NCBI RefSeq assembly: GCF_006345805.1
Contig: NC_043008.1
Coordinates: 7,440,001 to 7,504,000 of the forward strand
Source of the DNA: Octopus sinensis
Taxonomy: Eukaryota
DNA length: 64,000 bases
Direction: 5' to 3'
The notes under the pieces are model-generated. The model made no database searches and was not told the DNA's origin. It was given only the letters and a program-made list of their open reading frames with translations. Positions 63,165-64,000 of the stretch are shown one piece after another; position 1 is the first letter of the stretch; each line of letters begins with the position of its first letter. The position numbers were made by a program, and so were the translations under genes.

Positions 63165-63577
63165 TAGGCGCAGGAGTGGCTGTGTGGTAAGTAGCTTGCT
63201 TACCAACCACATGGTTCCAGGTTCAGTCCCACTGCGTGGCATCTTGGGCAAGTGTCTTCTACTATAGCCTCGGGCCAACCAAAGCCTTGTGAGTGGATTT
63301 GGTAGACGGAAACTGAAAGAAGCCCGTCGTATATATGTATGTATGTATATATATATATATATATGTGTGTGTGTATGTTTGTGTCTGTGTTTGTCCCCCT
63401 AGCATTGCTTGACAACCGATGCTGGTGTGTCTACGTCCCCGTCACTTAACGGTTCAGCAAAAGAGACCGATAGAATAAGTACTGGGCTTACAAGGAGTGG
63501 GTCCCGGGGTAGATTTGCTCGACTGAAGCCGGTGCTCCAGCATGGCCGCAGTCAAATGACTGAAACAAATAAAAGAG
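63165..63577 (+). mobile_element. SINE family A, near-consensus full length
   Basis: GGCGCAGGAGTGGCTGTGTGGTAAG..GGTTCAGTCCC..CAGCATGGCCGCAGTCAAATGACTGAAAC. Confidence 0.95.
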
Positions 63578-64000
63578 AAAAAAAAATACGGACCTATGTT
63601 TGCTATGTTTTATATAAAGCAGAAGTTTTCATTTGTCGCTACAGAGTTTACTGCGATGTTTTCATTTGAAATATCACTTACATTTATCCAATTAGCTTAT
63701 CATAAGAAAGAAAAAAACCACGAGCAACGTTTATAAGAAATGCAATGAAATAAAATGAAATATAATTTTAATAAATTGATTCTTTAAAAATGAAAAAAAA
63801 ATATATCTGTCAAATTTTCGTATTTTCACCTTTTAAAAACACTCTGCAATTGATAGAATGGTTAGATAGACTGCTTAATAGGAATCGACTCGAGTGTCTC
63901 CGTTCCCTCAAATGATTACGATTCTAGCTTTTGCTTACGTTTCTGATGGCTTAAATGAGTTAGCGATCAAACATTGGGATTGTTTCCCCTTTTATTCTAT

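Noticed and set aside
2499-63415. Dozens of ORFs rich in YI, HT, CV, LS or KER repeats, including the 189-aa ORF at 43140-43709 and the 163-aa ORF at 51026-51517
   Set aside because: They are translations of (TA)n, (CA)n, (TCTA)n and (TTTC)n tracts or SINE sequence. Only the TSP1-like middle of 43140-43709 is kept, at low confidence.

Overview
AT-rich, microsatellite-saturated animal DNA, most likely octopus (inferred from recognisable octopus-type tRNA-derived SINEs). I cannot support any intact, complete protein-coding gene. Almost all ORFs in the track are microsatellite translations or transposon debris. The window holds about 25 SINE copies of three families and decayed DNA transposons (hAT/Buster, Tigger, mariner, two Tc1, maT/DD37D, a probable Helitron). 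It also holds decayed retroelements (Penelope RT and GIY-YIG, CR1, R4/Dong, RTE-like, two integrase cores) and several long foldback hairpins. Two things stand out. (1) Four related ~150-200 bp mini-elements sit inside (TA)n tracts, and each carries a minimal type-I hammerhead-like fold with compensatory stem changes. (2) A field of frameshifted discoidin (F5/8 type C)-like and thrombospondin-1-like exon relics reads leftward on the minus strand at ~8-25 kb and rightward on the plus strand at ~32-44 kb. All protein-family calls were made by eye from manual translation. No database search was run.
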